The notes under the pieces were generated by a model that saw nothing but the letters and a program-made list of their open reading frames with translations, was not told the DNA's origin and did not search any database. From an uncultured delta proteobacterium (GTDB lineage: Bacteria; Desulfobacterota; Binatia; UBA9968), in the NCBI GenBank assembly GCA_963804165.1, contig CAWDPO010000025.1, positions 64,001 through 128,000 of the forward strand: a stretch of DNA of 64,000 nt, written 5' to 3'. Each line of letters opens with the position of its first letter. The first letter of the stretch is position 1. Shown here piece after piece: positions 20,169 through 30,987 of this stretch. Made by a program: the position numbers and the translations under genes.

Positions 20169-21152
20169 ATGAAACTTGGCTTGAGCCCTTTGCAAGAACA
20201 GGTGAGCTTTGACGACACACTGCGCGAATGCGAACGCGCCGAGGCGGCGGGTTTCGACTCGGTATGGCTCGGCGAGCATCACAACAATCCAATCTTGCAT
20301 CCCGCGCCTTTGATCGGACTCGCCGCAATCGCGAGCCGGACGCGGAGCATTCTTTTGGGCACGGGCGTGCTCTTGCTGCCACTCTATCATCCGATGATGG
20401 TTGCCGAGGAAGGCGCGATGGTCGACATGATCTCCGGCGGCCGGCTGATCTTAGGAGTCGGCGCCGGCTATGCGCCGGAGGAATTCGCTGCGTTCGGTAA
20501 CTCGCTCAAAGAGCGCGGCGGCCGAATGGAGGAAGGAACCCTGCTGCTTCGACGGCTGTGGACCGAAGAGACGGTCACGCATCACGGAAAATTTTACCGT
20601 CTCGACAATGCCATCGTAGCGCCGCGGCCGGTGCAGCGGCCGCGACCGCCGATCTGGTTTGGCGCGTGGGCGGAGCCGGCGATTCGCCGGGCGGCTCGAC
20701 TCGGCGACGCCTGGTTCGTTGGGCCGTCAGCCAGTCTTACAGAGATCGCGCCGAGCGCGCGGATGTATCGCGACTCATGTCTCGAGAACGGCAAAGGCGA
20801 GGGTGAGGTCGCTTTGTTTCGCTATGTATTCGTCGCGGAATCGACGAAAGAAGCGATCGATACCGCGGGCGACCCATTTATCCAGGCATTTGAGCGAATG
20901 TATTTCCGTTGGCCGCACCCGGTGGTCAAGCGCCCGCAGGGACGCGTGACGATTGAGCGGCTCGCTGAAGACCGGATTATCTTAGGCGACCCGAAGACAT
21001 GCGTCGAGGAATTGAGCCGCTTTAGAAAATCACTAAACGTGAAACATCTCGTCTGTCGATTTTCGGTGCCGGGGATTGCTCGTGAGGCGTGCGAAAGATC
21101 CTTCGACTTGTTCACCCGGGAGGTGATGCCGGCGCTCAGATCGGTTGAGTAG
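20169..21152 (+). CDS. LLM-class (luciferase-like) flavin-dependent oxidoreductase
   Basis: AEAAGFDSVWLGEHH, LLLPLYHP, DMISGGRLILGVGAGY and PRPVQRPRPPIW motifs. Confidence 0.92.
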   Translation: MKLGLSPLQEQVSFDDTLRECERAEAAGFDSVWLGEHHNNPILHPAPLIGLAAIASRTRSILLGTGVLLLPLYHPMMVAEEGAMVDMISGGRLILGVGAGYAPEEFAAFGNSLKERGGRMEEGTLLLRRLWTEETVTHHGKFYRLDNAIVAPRPVQRPRPPIWFGAWAEPAIRRAARLGDAWFVGPSASLTEIAPSARMYRDSCLENGKGEGEVALFRYVFVAESTKEAIDTAGDPFIQAFERMYFRWPHPVVKRPQGRVTIERLAEDRIILGDPKTCVEELSRFRKSLNVKHLVCRFSVPGIAREACERSFDLFTREVMPALRSVE

Positions 21153-21230
21153 CGCAAGTAAGAAGAGAAAATTAAGCAGGCACGAGAAAGAAGAACAACA
21201 CCTGTTCTGAATTCGGAGGATCGTTCTGCT

Positions 21231-21304
21231 CGTCATTCCCGCATGTTTTTAGCGGGAATCCAGTCTTTTGCCGATTCATTCGGATGCACTCGACTGGATG
21301 CCCG
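21231..21304. repeat. REP-like palindromic element (dRS3-like)
   Basis: CGTCATTCCCGC-N8-GCGGGAATCCAGTC..GACTGGATGCCCG nested inverted repeats between convergent genes. Confidence 0.65.
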
Positions 21305-21430
21305 TATGCGCGGACATTGCAGCCGTCACCGATAGAAATTGTTTAGGGCGATTCGCCCCCCGTCGCAACCGCTTTGGAAATCACAGCTTGCGCGCCAAAG
21401 TTTTCGGCGGCTCGTCGCCACAAGGTGTTC

Positions 21431-21784
21431 TTATTTTTCTTCTTCCGCACGTACCGGACGGACGCCGAACGGTTCGGCGCGATTACCGAATAGGACCAAC
21501 GTGCCGGGGCCGACGCTGGTAAGCTGGTAATATTCCTTGGCGGGCAGGAAGACAATATCATTTTTCTCAAGCACGCGTTCATAGCCTTTGATGTCTTTGA
21601 CCGAACACTTGCCGTCGACGACCAGAAAGGTCTCCGGCGACTGGTGGTAGTGCATCGGCGTGCCGTCGCCCGGGGCGAAATGGAGCATCCATGAGCGAAA
21701 ATTATCGGTCCCGAAGAGTTGAACATTTCTGAGATTGTCCCTGCCGGCCTCGTCGATTTTTTTGTTTAAGCTGACGAACTCCAT
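21431..21784 (-). CDS. Cupin domain protein
   Basis: FAPGDGTPMHYHQSPETFLVVDG and DIVFLPAKEYYQL motifs; GAGGAG RBS. Confidence 0.88.
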   Translation of the reverse strand: MEFVSLNKKIDEAGRDNLRNVQLFGTDNFRSWMLHFAPGDGTPMHYHQSPETFLVVDGKCSVKDIKGYERVLEKNDIVFLPAKEYYQLTSVGPGTLVLFGNRAEPFGVRPVRAEEEK

Positions 21785-21998
21785 GGTCTTTCCTCCTCAC
21801 CAATCGTGTTCGCCTAAACTATTGCAGCCGGGCCGTGGTTGTCAATTGAAGCGGGACATTTCGGCCGTGAGCGCCTGCCGCGAGCGATAATCATGACTAC
21901 GCAGTGCCGGCGCTTGACAGCCGGCGCATGCCTGGCCTATTTTCCGCCGCACCAACTTGGGCTCGGTTTTCAAACTCTCGACCGTGGGCAGGAGGAGC

Positions 21999-22991
21999 AT
22001 GAATCTTCGCATTCTATCAATCATCGGTTGGTTTACCTGCGTGAGTTTCATCGAGTCCCTCTTTGCGGCGGAAATGATCACGCTACGCTATGGGCAAAAC
22101 GCCACCTCCGCCGGCAGCTTGTCATCGCTGCCGCTCACCGTCGCCGAGCGCAAGGGGTTTTTTATTCGCGAAGGCGTGAATCTTGTCGTCGTGCCGATTC
22201 CCGGCGGCACGGATCGCATCGTGGCGGCACTCGATAAAGGCGAGATCGACACCGGCAAGAACGCGACGCCGTATCTGATCCAAGCGGTGCTCAAGGGTTC
22301 CGATGCGGTGGCCATTATCGCCCAGACTACCAACCCGGTTTATAGCTTAATCGTCAGGCCCGAGATCAAAAACTTCGCCGATCTCAAGGGCAAGGTGCTT
22401 GGTCTGTCGACGCCCGGCGATACGATTACGCTGTCGGCACTGCGCCTGCTCGCCCACAACAAGATCAAGCCGTTGGATTTTCAGGCCAAAGCGGTTGTCG
22501 GCACGAGCGCGCGCTTCGACTGCCTGAAGTCCGGCGAGTGCGCGGCGGTACCGATGGGTCAACCGGAAGATTTGCGCGCAATCAATCAGGGCTATCCTCG
22601 GCTTGGCTTCACTCACGAGGCGGGAGCCGACTTAATTTTCAACGTCGACATGACGCGGCGTAGCTGGGGCGAGAAAAACAAGGACGCTCTGGTGCGGTTC
22701 GTGCGCGCATTCGCGGCGTCCTACGAATATATGAACGATCCTAAGAATCGCGCGGAGGTTACGAACATCGTCAGAGATTCACTAAAGGTTCCTGACGAGA
22801 CGGCGCGCGAATTATTCGCGCCTTACACGCAGCCCGAGAAAAACGTTTTGCCGAAACGCGGTGAATTGAATTTGAAAGCGTTTACCCAAGTGCTCGCGTT
22901 GATGGGCGAAGCCGGCGTTATCCCTACACCGGTAGCGCCGGCTGATCGCTTCGTGGACCTGCAGTATTTAAAGATGGCCGGGATTCAATAG
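21999..22991 (+). CDS. NitT/TauT-type ABC solute-binding protein
   Basis: GGAGGAG RBS, signal peptide, VAERKGFFIREG, DLKGKVLG and FVDLQYL motifs. Confidence 0.9.
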   Translation: MNLRILSIIGWFTCVSFIESLFAAEMITLRYGQNATSAGSLSSLPLTVAERKGFFIREGVNLVVVPIPGGTDRIVAALDKGEIDTGKNATPYLIQAVLKGSDAVAIIAQTTNPVYSLIVRPEIKNFADLKGKVLGLSTPGDTITLSALRLLAHNKIKPLDFQAKAVVGTSARFDCLKSGECAAVPMGQPEDLRAINQGYPRLGFTHEAGADLIFNVDMTRRSWGEKNKDALVRFVRAFAASYEYMNDPKNRAEVTNIVRDSLKVPDETARELFAPYTQPEKNVLPKRGELNLKAFTQVLALMGEAGVIPTPVAPADRFVDLQYLKMAGIQ

Positions 22992-23369
22992 TTCGAGAGC
23001 ATCGCGACCAGTTCATGGTCCAAAGCTCCCGCAACGGCCGGACAAGCAGGGCGAAAATCACGTGCAAATTTGTCTTGATTGCCTATTTATCCGCTCACTT
23101 TCTGCGTTTTGAGATATTGTTACACGGATGGGAAAAACAGTGTTGCGCGAATTGATTGCGCGATTCTGTGAGACGGCCATTGGATCCCGTCCTTGGCGCA
23201 GAAGTTCCCAAGCAAGCCATAAAATCGATTCTGGACCGCGGAGTCATTTTTCTCGGCCTTTCACTGTGCGCCTGAACATTTTCGCTATCGACGCGTAAAT
23301 TTTTCCCTCGTTAGAGCTAGGCCTCAGCGAAAAGAGCTGAGAAAATAGCGGTTTACCATCCAAGAATGA

Positions 23370-23385
23370 TGGCATATCGGTTGCG
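23370..23385 (+). promoter_or_regulatory. Sigma54 (-24/-12) promoter
   Basis: TGGCATATCGGTTGCG, with GG(23371-72)-N10-GC(23383-84), about 48 bp upstream of ATG 23433. Confidence 0.7.
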
Positions 23386-23432
23386 TTGTTACGCTGGCGG
23401 TTAGGGCTGTATTCTCAAGGAGGATTATTTGA

Positions 23433-24032
23433 ATGAAGACAATCAAGACCACCATTTTAGGGGTGCTTATAGCCGGAACGCTGGGAACGTTTACGGTTCC
23501 GGCATTGGCGAAAGATGATCATGACTTTCGAGTTCCGCGGGGACATATGCCGCCGCCGGGTAAGTGCCGTATTTGGCATCCCGGCACACCCCCAGGCCAT
23601 CAACCTCCGCCCGGCGATTGTCGGACTCTAAGCCGCCGAGTTCCTCGCGGCGCAATGCTGATCGGCCACGATCGGAGATGGAGTTACGCCGAACTGCACG
23701 ATCGTCGCTTCCGTCACGACGTCTTTGACCGCCGGCATCATTCCAGCCGAAGGGAAATTCGCGAGGACATTAGGGACGTCCGTGAAGCCCGCAGAGACGT
23801 ACGGGAAGATCACGGACAGTTGCAAAAGAACCTCGACGAGCTGCATAAAGATCGAGCCGAGCTAAGGCGCGACATTCGCAGCGGCGCAAGCCGAAAAGAG
23901 ATTTCTCAGGATCGCCGCGAGATCCGCAATGACGTGCGAAAAGTCTCGGCAAGCAAGAAAGAACTGCAACAGAGTCAAGACAAACTCCAAGCGGCCCGAC
24001 GAGAACTCAGAGAGGATTCACACCGGCGATAG
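23433..24032 (+). CDS. Exported protein with duplicated GHxPPPGxCR motifs and an R/D/E-rich coiled-coil tail
   Basis: AAGGAGG RBS, signal peptide ending PALA, repeats PRGHMPPPGKCR and PPGHQPPPGDCR. Confidence 0.85.
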   Translation: MKTIKTTILGVLIAGTLGTFTVPALAKDDHDFRVPRGHMPPPGKCRIWHPGTPPGHQPPPGDCRTLSRRVPRGAMLIGHDRRWSYAELHDRRFRHDVFDRRHHSSRREIREDIRDVREARRDVREDHGQLQKNLDELHKDRAELRRDIRSGASRKEISQDRREIRNDVRKVSASKKELQQSQDKLQAARRELREDSHRR

Positions 24033-24045
24033 CCTATAATTCTCG

Positions 24046-24079
24046 AGCGGCCTTACGGTTTGCCAATCGTAAGGCCGCT
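24046..24079. terminator. Stem-loop between convergent genes
   Basis: AGCGGCCTTACGGTT-TGCC-AATCGTAAGGCCGCT, a 15-bp stem including G-U pairing. Confidence 0.65.
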
Positions 24080-24351
24080 TGTCTCCTCGATCTTTCCCTT
24101 TCCGAGATCCTTTCCGCTCAGCGAACGAGCCCGCTGATCGACACGTGCTGCAGCACCCACATTCGGCATTTGGCGAGGACGCGAACAACGCGGTTTGGCT
24201 TGGTAGCGGTGACGCCGCGAGCGACGCACCACATGGAAGGCGGCAAAGGGCCCAGGCCCAAGTCGTCAAGTTCCAGGTACGCCCCAATCCGTTAGCGCAA
24301 TGAAGAATCACAAGGCTCGCGGCTGCCTCATCCGACAACGATTGCGTCACA

Positions 24352-24558
24352 TCACTCCTCGCCGAGTATTTCGATCTCATCGGGAAACACGTACAAGGAT
24401 GCGTCACCGTCCCATTTGACAAGAATCATCCGTCGGTCGAGATTATCGACCTCATGGACGACGGTGCCCTGACTGTCAGCTTCAATCGTGGCTTCGTGAG
24501 CGCGGAGGGTTTTTTTTGCGCGGCAACGCAATCCCATTTTTGTCGTGTCAATCGTCAT
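24352..24558 (-). CDS. Small hypothetical protein, possibly an SH3/KOW-like beta-barrel
   Basis: AGGAGG RBS; SQGTVVHEVDNLDRRMILVKWDGDASLYVFPDEIE. Confidence 0.65.
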   Translation of the reverse strand: MTIDTTKMGLRCRAKKTLRAHEATIEADSQGTVVHEVDNLDRRMILVKWDGDASLYVFPDEIEILGEE

Positions 24559-25094
24559 CCTCGCCTCCTGGTTGCGCGTGGCTGGGTAAGCGCAAAAATC
24601 GGCGGTTACGTGTTCGGAGCGCGGTGTTGATTTGCTCGTACCGACGCGGCGCGCACCGGCACCATCAATCAGCACTGCGAGGCCGACTCCGAAGGCGGAT
24701 TATTTATCCGGATCACATTCGAAATACCCTCTTTCAACGCCAGTGTAATACCCAAGATCGCGAGTTCAACCCCCGACACTTCATCTGAGAGAACTGAGGC
24801 TCGGAAACGTTGTCCCTTGCGACAAAGTTGACGCGCGCAGACGTCATCGTCTCTGCCCGAGGAAAGAGAGATCTAGACTGCCTCGCTATTACGATCAGAT
24901 TGTCGAGACAAGAAATCCGGGTTTGCATTAACACAAGTTGGTTAAGTCGCTTTGTCGGCTCGGCACGAGCTTGCTCCTGGAAAAGCTAGTTTTCAAGCCG
25001 TGAGTTCCGCCGTGCGGCTATTTCAAGTAAGCTTATCTCAGAGTATTTCAGGTTCGAGTCGAACAGATTCCGAGAGTATTCGCTATCGATCCAT

Positions 25095-26153
25095 ATGGTG
25101 GATGTAAACGAGAGCACGACGAGTTCCAACGCGGATTCCAACCGTCGGGTGGCCGGATGGATTCGGCGCCACAAAAACGAACTCTGGTGGCTCCATAGTC
25201 TGTATGCCTTGAGCTTAGGGATCGGCATCATGGCGCTGGGCAAACGGAACTTTGCCTACCTGCGCGTCGCCGTTTTCCATATCAGCTTCATCTGGCTTTC
25301 CAGTTTATTGCTGCCGAAGCTCCTCAATCTGCGCGGTGTGCCAGCGCAATGGGCGCCGCGGCTCCGGCTGATCGTCAACTTCTTCAACAAGAACTTGTAT
25401 CAGCAGATGCTGTTTTTTGTCCTGCCGATTTATTACGCCAGCGCGACCGTCGGATCGCGCAATCTGGTTTTTGTGCTGTTGGTTGGATTCTCTGCCGTGC
25501 TATCCACGCTCGACGTCGTTTATGACCGCCACCTTTCGGCGAATCGTTATCTGAATGCCGGATTTTTCGCTTTCAACCTTTTTGCCTTGATCAATGTCAT
25601 GCTGCCGATTCTCTGGAGTGTGAGTAATACGCTGACGACGCGCGTGAGCGGCGTATTGGCGTTCCTGGGATTCCTTACGCTCGGCTATCCTGCGGCGCAG
25701 TCATTCATCCGTCGGACGGCGATGGCTCTGGGGGTTGGTGTTTTGCTTTTCGCGCTAGTCGAGCTTGGCCGTCCCTTTATACCTCCGGCGCCGTTGCGCA
25801 TGGCCAGTGTCGAATTTGGCACGGATTTCGACCGCGAATCGTTGCAGATGCTCGCGCCGATGACCGAGCTAAAAACCGACGGTGCAAGTCAGCTCTACGG
25901 ACTTACAGCGATCAGAGCGCCTTTGGGCCTGCAGGAAAAACTACGACACAGGTGGTTTGAGAACGGAGAGCTTGTGTTTGCGTCTTCCTTTTACAATGTG
26001 GTGGGCGGAAGAGCGGAAGGTTTTCGACTCTGGACAAGCTGGACGATTGGCAGAGTAACACCCGTTACGACTATACGACTTGATCTCGAAACCGAAGGCG
26101 GCCAACTGGTCGGTCGCGCGACGCTTCACGCCGACCGTCAAACACGAGGTTAG
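25095..26153 (+). CDS. DUF5924/DUF2914-type membrane protein
   Basis: About 7 TM helices (LFFVLPIYYASAT), then FIPPAPLR, TAIRAPLGL, HRW, GGRAEGFRLWT and ETEGGQLVG. Confidence 0.8.
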   Translation: MVDVNESTTSSNADSNRRVAGWIRRHKNELWWLHSLYALSLGIGIMALGKRNFAYLRVAVFHISFIWLSSLLLPKLLNLRGVPAQWAPRLRLIVNFFNKNLYQQMLFFVLPIYYASATVGSRNLVFVLLVGFSAVLSTLDVVYDRHLSANRYLNAGFFAFNLFALINVMLPILWSVSNTLTTRVSGVLAFLGFLTLGYPAAQSFIRRTAMALGVGVLLFALVELGRPFIPPAPLRMASVEFGTDFDRESLQMLAPMTELKTDGASQLYGLTAIRAPLGLQEKLRHRWFENGELVFASSFYNVVGGRAEGFRLWTSWTIGRVTPVTTIRLDLETEGGQLVGRATLHADRQTRG

Positions 26154-27026
26154 GTCGGCCGCGCTTGGCGACTCCCGATTTTTCGATTAGAGGACATGCG
26201 CTGATCGCCGGGATCATTCGCTAGCTCTGAAAATCTCATACACTTGGGCGGTACAGGTAACGTACTTGGGTTTGTCCGCGGTCGAAGTGCGAGAAGCTAA
26301 ACGATTGGGAAGAATGGTTGATCTTTGGGCGTGGGATGGGCGCGGAGAGCGATCGAGAGACTCCCATTCGCCGAAAATCTGCGGCTCGGTGCCAGCGATA
26401 GAGCGCTTTGCGAAGATATATCAGGGGGAAGCGGCGACGTTGGAGCGCAAGTTAACTCGATCGTCCTTCTTCGGGGACGTTTCTGCAATTGCTCCGTCAA
26501 CCGTCAATCTTGCTGCGCCGTGCGACTCATGCATCTTGACTATCTTTTTCGTGCAAACGTTCCTCAAGATACTTGAGGCGCTCAATCGCTCTCATTCTGC
26601 AGTGACAGCACGCAGCAATGGAAAATGATACTTCACGGCACCGACCGCACTTCCGATGCGTGCAAAATGGACATTCGGTATCCGGAAAAGGCCAGAAGGA
26701 TGGTGTGTGTATCAAAGTGTCTTAACTCTCTTGTGAATATTTCAGGTTGATCGTGTATTAGACGTTCTCGGGCTCTCTTTTGTATCTGCATCGTCGAAGC
26801 GAATGCGTCGATTATCGTATTGGTCATCGTTTCTAGATGATTTAATTTCGCTAAGCAAGCGTTGGAAGCCAATTCTTTTTGTGCTGCGAAAAATGGCGAT
26901 GTCGCGTTTCAAAATACGGTAAACAGCCCGCGGCGCTGAAAAAAATTGCCGCGACGTTAACAATGAAATTGCGACCCAGGCCATTCGGATAGCGCCAACC
27001 GCAGGCCACGTTCGACCAAATGCTCG

Positions 27027-27056
27027 AAGGGACTGCAAGCCTTCCCTTGTTTTTTT
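27027..27056 (+). terminator. Putative intrinsic terminator
   Basis: AAGGGA-N10-TCCCTT followed by G and a T7 run. Confidence 0.4.
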
Positions 27057-27210
27057 GGTTTCAAACTCGCGCGATTGGCTGGCTGATGTGCGATTCTGGA
27101 CAAATTGAAATGGCTCGTGTACCAAGGGCTCAGAACGTGTATACGTTTTCAACTGATGTCTTGAGTGGTCAACCGTCGCCGAGGGTTCGGCGCCGAACGG
27201 GGAGGATCGC

Positions 27211-28275
27211 ATGGGACAGATACTCGGGCTTGGTATCACTCATTATCCCGGTCTTTCGATCCAGGGCAATTTAACCCGCCGCATTAGAATGTGTCTGGCC
27301 GATCCCGCTCTGCCGGAGCCCCTGCGCTCGATCGAGAATTGGCCGGAACCGATGCGCCGGGAGTGGAGCACGGACGAGGGGCAAGCGCATTCCGACACGC
27401 ACCGCGCGGCGATGATCGACGGGTTTCGCAGGGCGCGCCGGGAACTCGATGACTTTCAGCCGGATTTTTGCGTGATCTGGGGCGACGATCAGTTCGAGAA
27501 CTACCGTGAGGATTGCGTGCCGGCGTTCTCCGTCCTCGCCTATGACTCGGCGGAGTTCCAACCCTGGCTGCATAACCAGCGTGGCATAAATTCCTGGAAT
27601 GAGCCCAAGGATACGAGTTTCGCGGTCAAAGGACATCGCGTTGGTGCCAAACACCTTGCGTCATTTCTGCTCAACGAAGGTTTCGACATAGCATACAGCT
27701 ACAAGCCGCTGCACATCGCACTGGGCCACGCGTTTGCCAACTCTGTGCTTTACCTCGACTGGGACCGCAGCGGATTGCAGTATCCCCTGGTGCCGTTCAC
27801 GGTGAACGCATACGGACGCCATCTCACGGGTAGCCAAGGCGTGCCGCCGACGCCATCCAAAGGACAAAGCCTGCTCGAGAAGGAAGAAGATCCACCCGGA
27901 CCGCAGCCGTGGCGCTGTTTTCAGATCGGTGCCGCGACTGCGCGTGCGTTCGCCGCAAGTCCGTGGAGAGTCGCATTGATCGCTTCTTCCAGCTGGTCGC
28001 ATTCTTTTTTGACCGCGAAGCACGGCCGCATGTATCCCGACGTCGAATCGGACAAGCATTACTTCGAAGCGCTGCGCGACGGCCGCTGGGAAGTCTGGCG
28101 CGATACCACACTGTCTGAGGCGGAAGACCGTGGCCATCATGAACTGCTCAATTGGTTTTGTCTGGCCGGAGCAATGGCTGAGCTCAAGCGTAAGCCCGAC
28201 GAAGCGGTATTCTTGGAGTCGTGGACGACGAACTCCGACAAGGTTTTCGCCGTTTTTCGACCGCCGCTTGGCTGA
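27211..28275 (+). CDS. Class III (LigB-type) extradiol ring-cleavage dioxygenase, resembling the PydA-like subfamily
   Basis: GLGITHYP, IWGDDQFEN, LGHAF, ALIASSSWSH and HELLNW motifs. Confidence 0.85.
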   Translation: MGQILGLGITHYPGLSIQGNLTRRIRMCLADPALPEPLRSIENWPEPMRREWSTDEGQAHSDTHRAAMIDGFRRARRELDDFQPDFCVIWGDDQFENYREDCVPAFSVLAYDSAEFQPWLHNQRGINSWNEPKDTSFAVKGHRVGAKHLASFLLNEGFDIAYSYKPLHIALGHAFANSVLYLDWDRSGLQYPLVPFTVNAYGRHLTGSQGVPPTPSKGQSLLEKEEDPPGPQPWRCFQIGAATARAFAASPWRVALIASSSWSHSFLTAKHGRMYPDVESDKHYFEALRDGRWEVWRDTTLSEAEDRGHHELLNWFCLAGAMAELKRKPDEAVFLESWTTNSDKVFAVFRPPLG

Positions 28276-28307
28276 ACAAAAACGATACGTGACGTGGGAG
28301 GAATAGC

Positions 28308-28619
28308 ATGATCATTTTGCACGTAACGGTTCAGATAAAACCCGAGCATGTCTCCGCGTACCTGGAAGCCATACGCCACGACGCCGAGCATTCAGAGAAA
28401 GACGAGCCCGGCTGCCTGCGCTTCGACCTGGTCCAAGATCGGGATGACCCGAACCGCTTTTACTATTACGAGGTCTACAAAGACGAAGCGGCGTTAGAGG
28501 CACACCGGCAGACGCCGCATTTCAAACTCTACGCTGAGAAGGTGCAACCTTGGTTGGCCGCGCCGCCAGAGCGGCGGTTTGGCAAAAACTTGATCCCATC
28601 CGATGCAGCCTGGCGCTGA
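28308..28619 (+). CDS. ABM/LsrG-like (putative quinol monooxygenase) protein
   Basis: EPGCLRFD, FYYYEVYKDEAALEAHRQTPHF. Confidence 0.9.
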   Translation: MIILHVTVQIKPEHVSAYLEAIRHDAEHSEKDEPGCLRFDLVQDRDDPNRFYYYEVYKDEAALEAHRQTPHFKLYAEKVQPWLAAPPERRFGKNLIPSDAAWR

Positions 28620-28830
28620 CCTCTGAAAAACGCGACCGAAAAGTCGCGGCGTGCTTTGTCACTCCAGAGTCTTGTGCCAACGGGGTCGGATCAATCGCAG
28701 GTTTACCAGTCCGTGCTTGCCTGAACCTGGGCAAAATCGTATGGTGCCGCGCGCCTCGTTTGAGCATTGATGCGCGCGAGGTTGATAAAAACGACCCGAC
28801 AGATTTCTCATCCGCGATTTGGGAGGGGCC

Positions 28831-29832
28831 ATGATTCTTCGACGGCAAATTTCGTTGCTGGCAGCGCTGATCGCGATTTCTCCCTCGGTGACTTCGATCC
28901 CCGCGCGTGCTCAGGAGAAAGTTAGGCTCGCCCACAGCGCATTGGAGAGCAGCAACTCGGTCTGGTACGTGGCTAAGGAGCGCGGTTTCTACAAGAAAAA
29001 CGGCTTGGACGCGGATCTGCTCTTCATCCCGAGCACAACCACGAGCGTGTCGAGTCTCGTGGCGGGTGATGTGCAAGTGGCGAACGCTTCGGGCGGCGGT
29101 GTGGCGAGCGCCGTAGTTGCCGGGGCGGATCTGGTCATGGTCGCCTGCTATCTCAATTCGCTGCCCTACGAGTTGGTCGTAAGCGAGAGCGTCAAATCGG
29201 CCGAAGATCTCAAAGGAAAAAGTGTCGGGATCAGCCGCGTCGGCAGCGCATCGGATGTCGCGGCACGCGCGCTCATCAAAGGATTGGGGCTCGAACCAGA
29301 CAAGCAGGTGCCGATCATGCAGGTCGGCGGACCGGCTGAGCGGGCCGCGGCGTTTCGCACCGGCAGGATTGCCGGTTTCCCCTCGCCTCCTGGTATCATC
29401 CACTTGACGAAAGGATTTCCGTTCCGAATTCTCATCAGCACTGCGGATTTTCAGAAGCGGTTCGATTTCCCCTATATTTGCGCTACTACGACCAAGAGCT
29501 ATCTCGCGCGGCAGAGAGAGACCGTGAAAAGAGTCTTAATGGCGCACATCGAAGCGGTGCAATTTTTCAAAACTCACAAGGACGAGAGCAAAAAAATCGT
29601 TGCCAAGTACAGCAGGATAAACAACGAGGATTATCTGGAGGCCGCTTACGTCGCCAGCGCGAAACTCTACGACGTGGTGCCGCTGGTGACTCGAGTGGGA
29701 GCGGAAGTTCAGATTAAGGAAGCCACGGGTCGCAAACCCGGCGCGCAGCTTCGCTTCGAGGATATGGTCGACGAAAGTCTCGTGCGCGAGTTGGAAAAGA
29801 GCGGATTTATCGACAAGACGTATAAGCAGTGA
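28831..29832 (+). CDS. NitT/TauT-type ABC solute-binding protein
   Basis: Signal peptide, AQEKVRLA, VAKERGFYKKNGLD, DLKGKSVGISRVGS and DESLVRELEKSGFI motifs. Confidence 0.92.
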   Translation: MILRRQISLLAALIAISPSVTSIPARAQEKVRLAHSALESSNSVWYVAKERGFYKKNGLDADLLFIPSTTTSVSSLVAGDVQVANASGGGVASAVVAGADLVMVACYLNSLPYELVVSESVKSAEDLKGKSVGISRVGSASDVAARALIKGLGLEPDKQVPIMQVGGPAERAAAFRTGRIAGFPSPPGIIHLTKGFPFRILISTADFQKRFDFPYICATTTKSYLARQRETVKRVLMAHIEAVQFFKTHKDESKKIVAKYSRINNEDYLEAAYVASAKLYDVVPLVTRVGAEVQIKEATGRKPGAQLRFEDMVDESLVRELEKSGFIDKTYKQ

Positions 29833-29969
29833 GACGTACGAATCGCTGCGTTACGCCTAATGTACGTCCGTCGAGGCTCTGCTTTGTCTCGATGAAGGGA
29901 TGGATATGAGACTTCACGGGGTGGCGCCTGTCCCTCCGCGGCAGCTATAGCAGCTCTAGCGCGGCTGTC

Positions 29970-30933
29970 ATGAAGCGAATATTATTCGTCCTTCTCTTGA
30001 TCTCGCTGCTTCCGTCATGCGCAGGAGCGCGTAAAGTTCGCCGTCGGAGTTTCATCCAAGGTTCTCGGCTACGGCCATCTCTGGGCGGCGTGGCGGTTAA
30101 AATTTTTCGAACGTGAGGGGCTCGACGTCGACGTTGTGCTGATGCGTGGCACGGCGCCCGCCGTACAGACCCTGATCGCTGGATCGATCTCTGTAGCACT
30201 CGTCGCCAACGACGGGCCCATCGCCGCAGTTGAACAAGGGATGGATATTGTCATGGTCGCCAGCAACAGCAAGCTTACACACATGCTGATCGGCGGGAAA
30301 AGCTACAAAGCCTGGGAAGACCTACGCGGATCGACCGTTGGCTCCTCGACTCTGACGTCCGGTACTGCTTTTGTTTTGCGCCGGGCGTTAAAAGTAAAGG
30401 GGCTCGAATATCCCCGGGATTACAAGCTGCTCAACGTCGGCGGCACAACTTCCGCGTTTGCGGCTATGAGCGCCGGTCAGATTGCCGCGGCCATGCTCGC
30501 CGTTCCCAATGCCTTTCAAGCCCAAGACGCGGGACTAAATCTGATCGGGCGCGTGGCGGATATCTTTCCCGATTATCTGCTTTCGGCTTATTCGGTCCGG
30601 CGTAGCTGGGCCGAGAAGAACCGGCCGCTGGTGGTTCGCTTTCTCAAGTCGGTGGTGCGAGCGAAGAAATGGTTCGAACAAGATCGAAAAGCGGCGATCG
30701 AGTTTTTGGCCAAAGAGTTTCAACTTGCCCCGAGCCTCGCCGAGAAAGGCCTCGACTACTATCTAACAAATCAGGCCTGGCATCCGGAACTGGAGATAGA
30801 AATGGATGGACTCAGGACCGTCGTCGACATCTACGCGGAGCAGACCGGCATGAAGGGACCGATTCCTAACCCGGAGAAATACGTCGATCAGAGTTATCTT
30901 CGACAGGCATTGAAGGAACTGGGTCTGAGGTGA
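29970..30933 (+). pseudogene. NitT/TauT-type ABC solute-binding protein, frameshifted in the signal peptide
   Basis: ATG 29970 MKRILFVLLLISLLP is out of frame with AQERVKFAVGVSSKVLGYGHLWAAWRLKFFEREGLDVDVVLMRG.. (shift near 30015). Confidence 0.78.
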
Positions 30934-30987
30934 CGGAGATTCTTGTCGCTAGACGGCCATTCCAATGACCCAGATAAGCGGGAGCCA

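Noticed and set aside
24961-24974. CGGCACGAGCTTGC sigma54-like motif
   Set aside because: GG-to-GC spacing is 9 bp rather than the required 10
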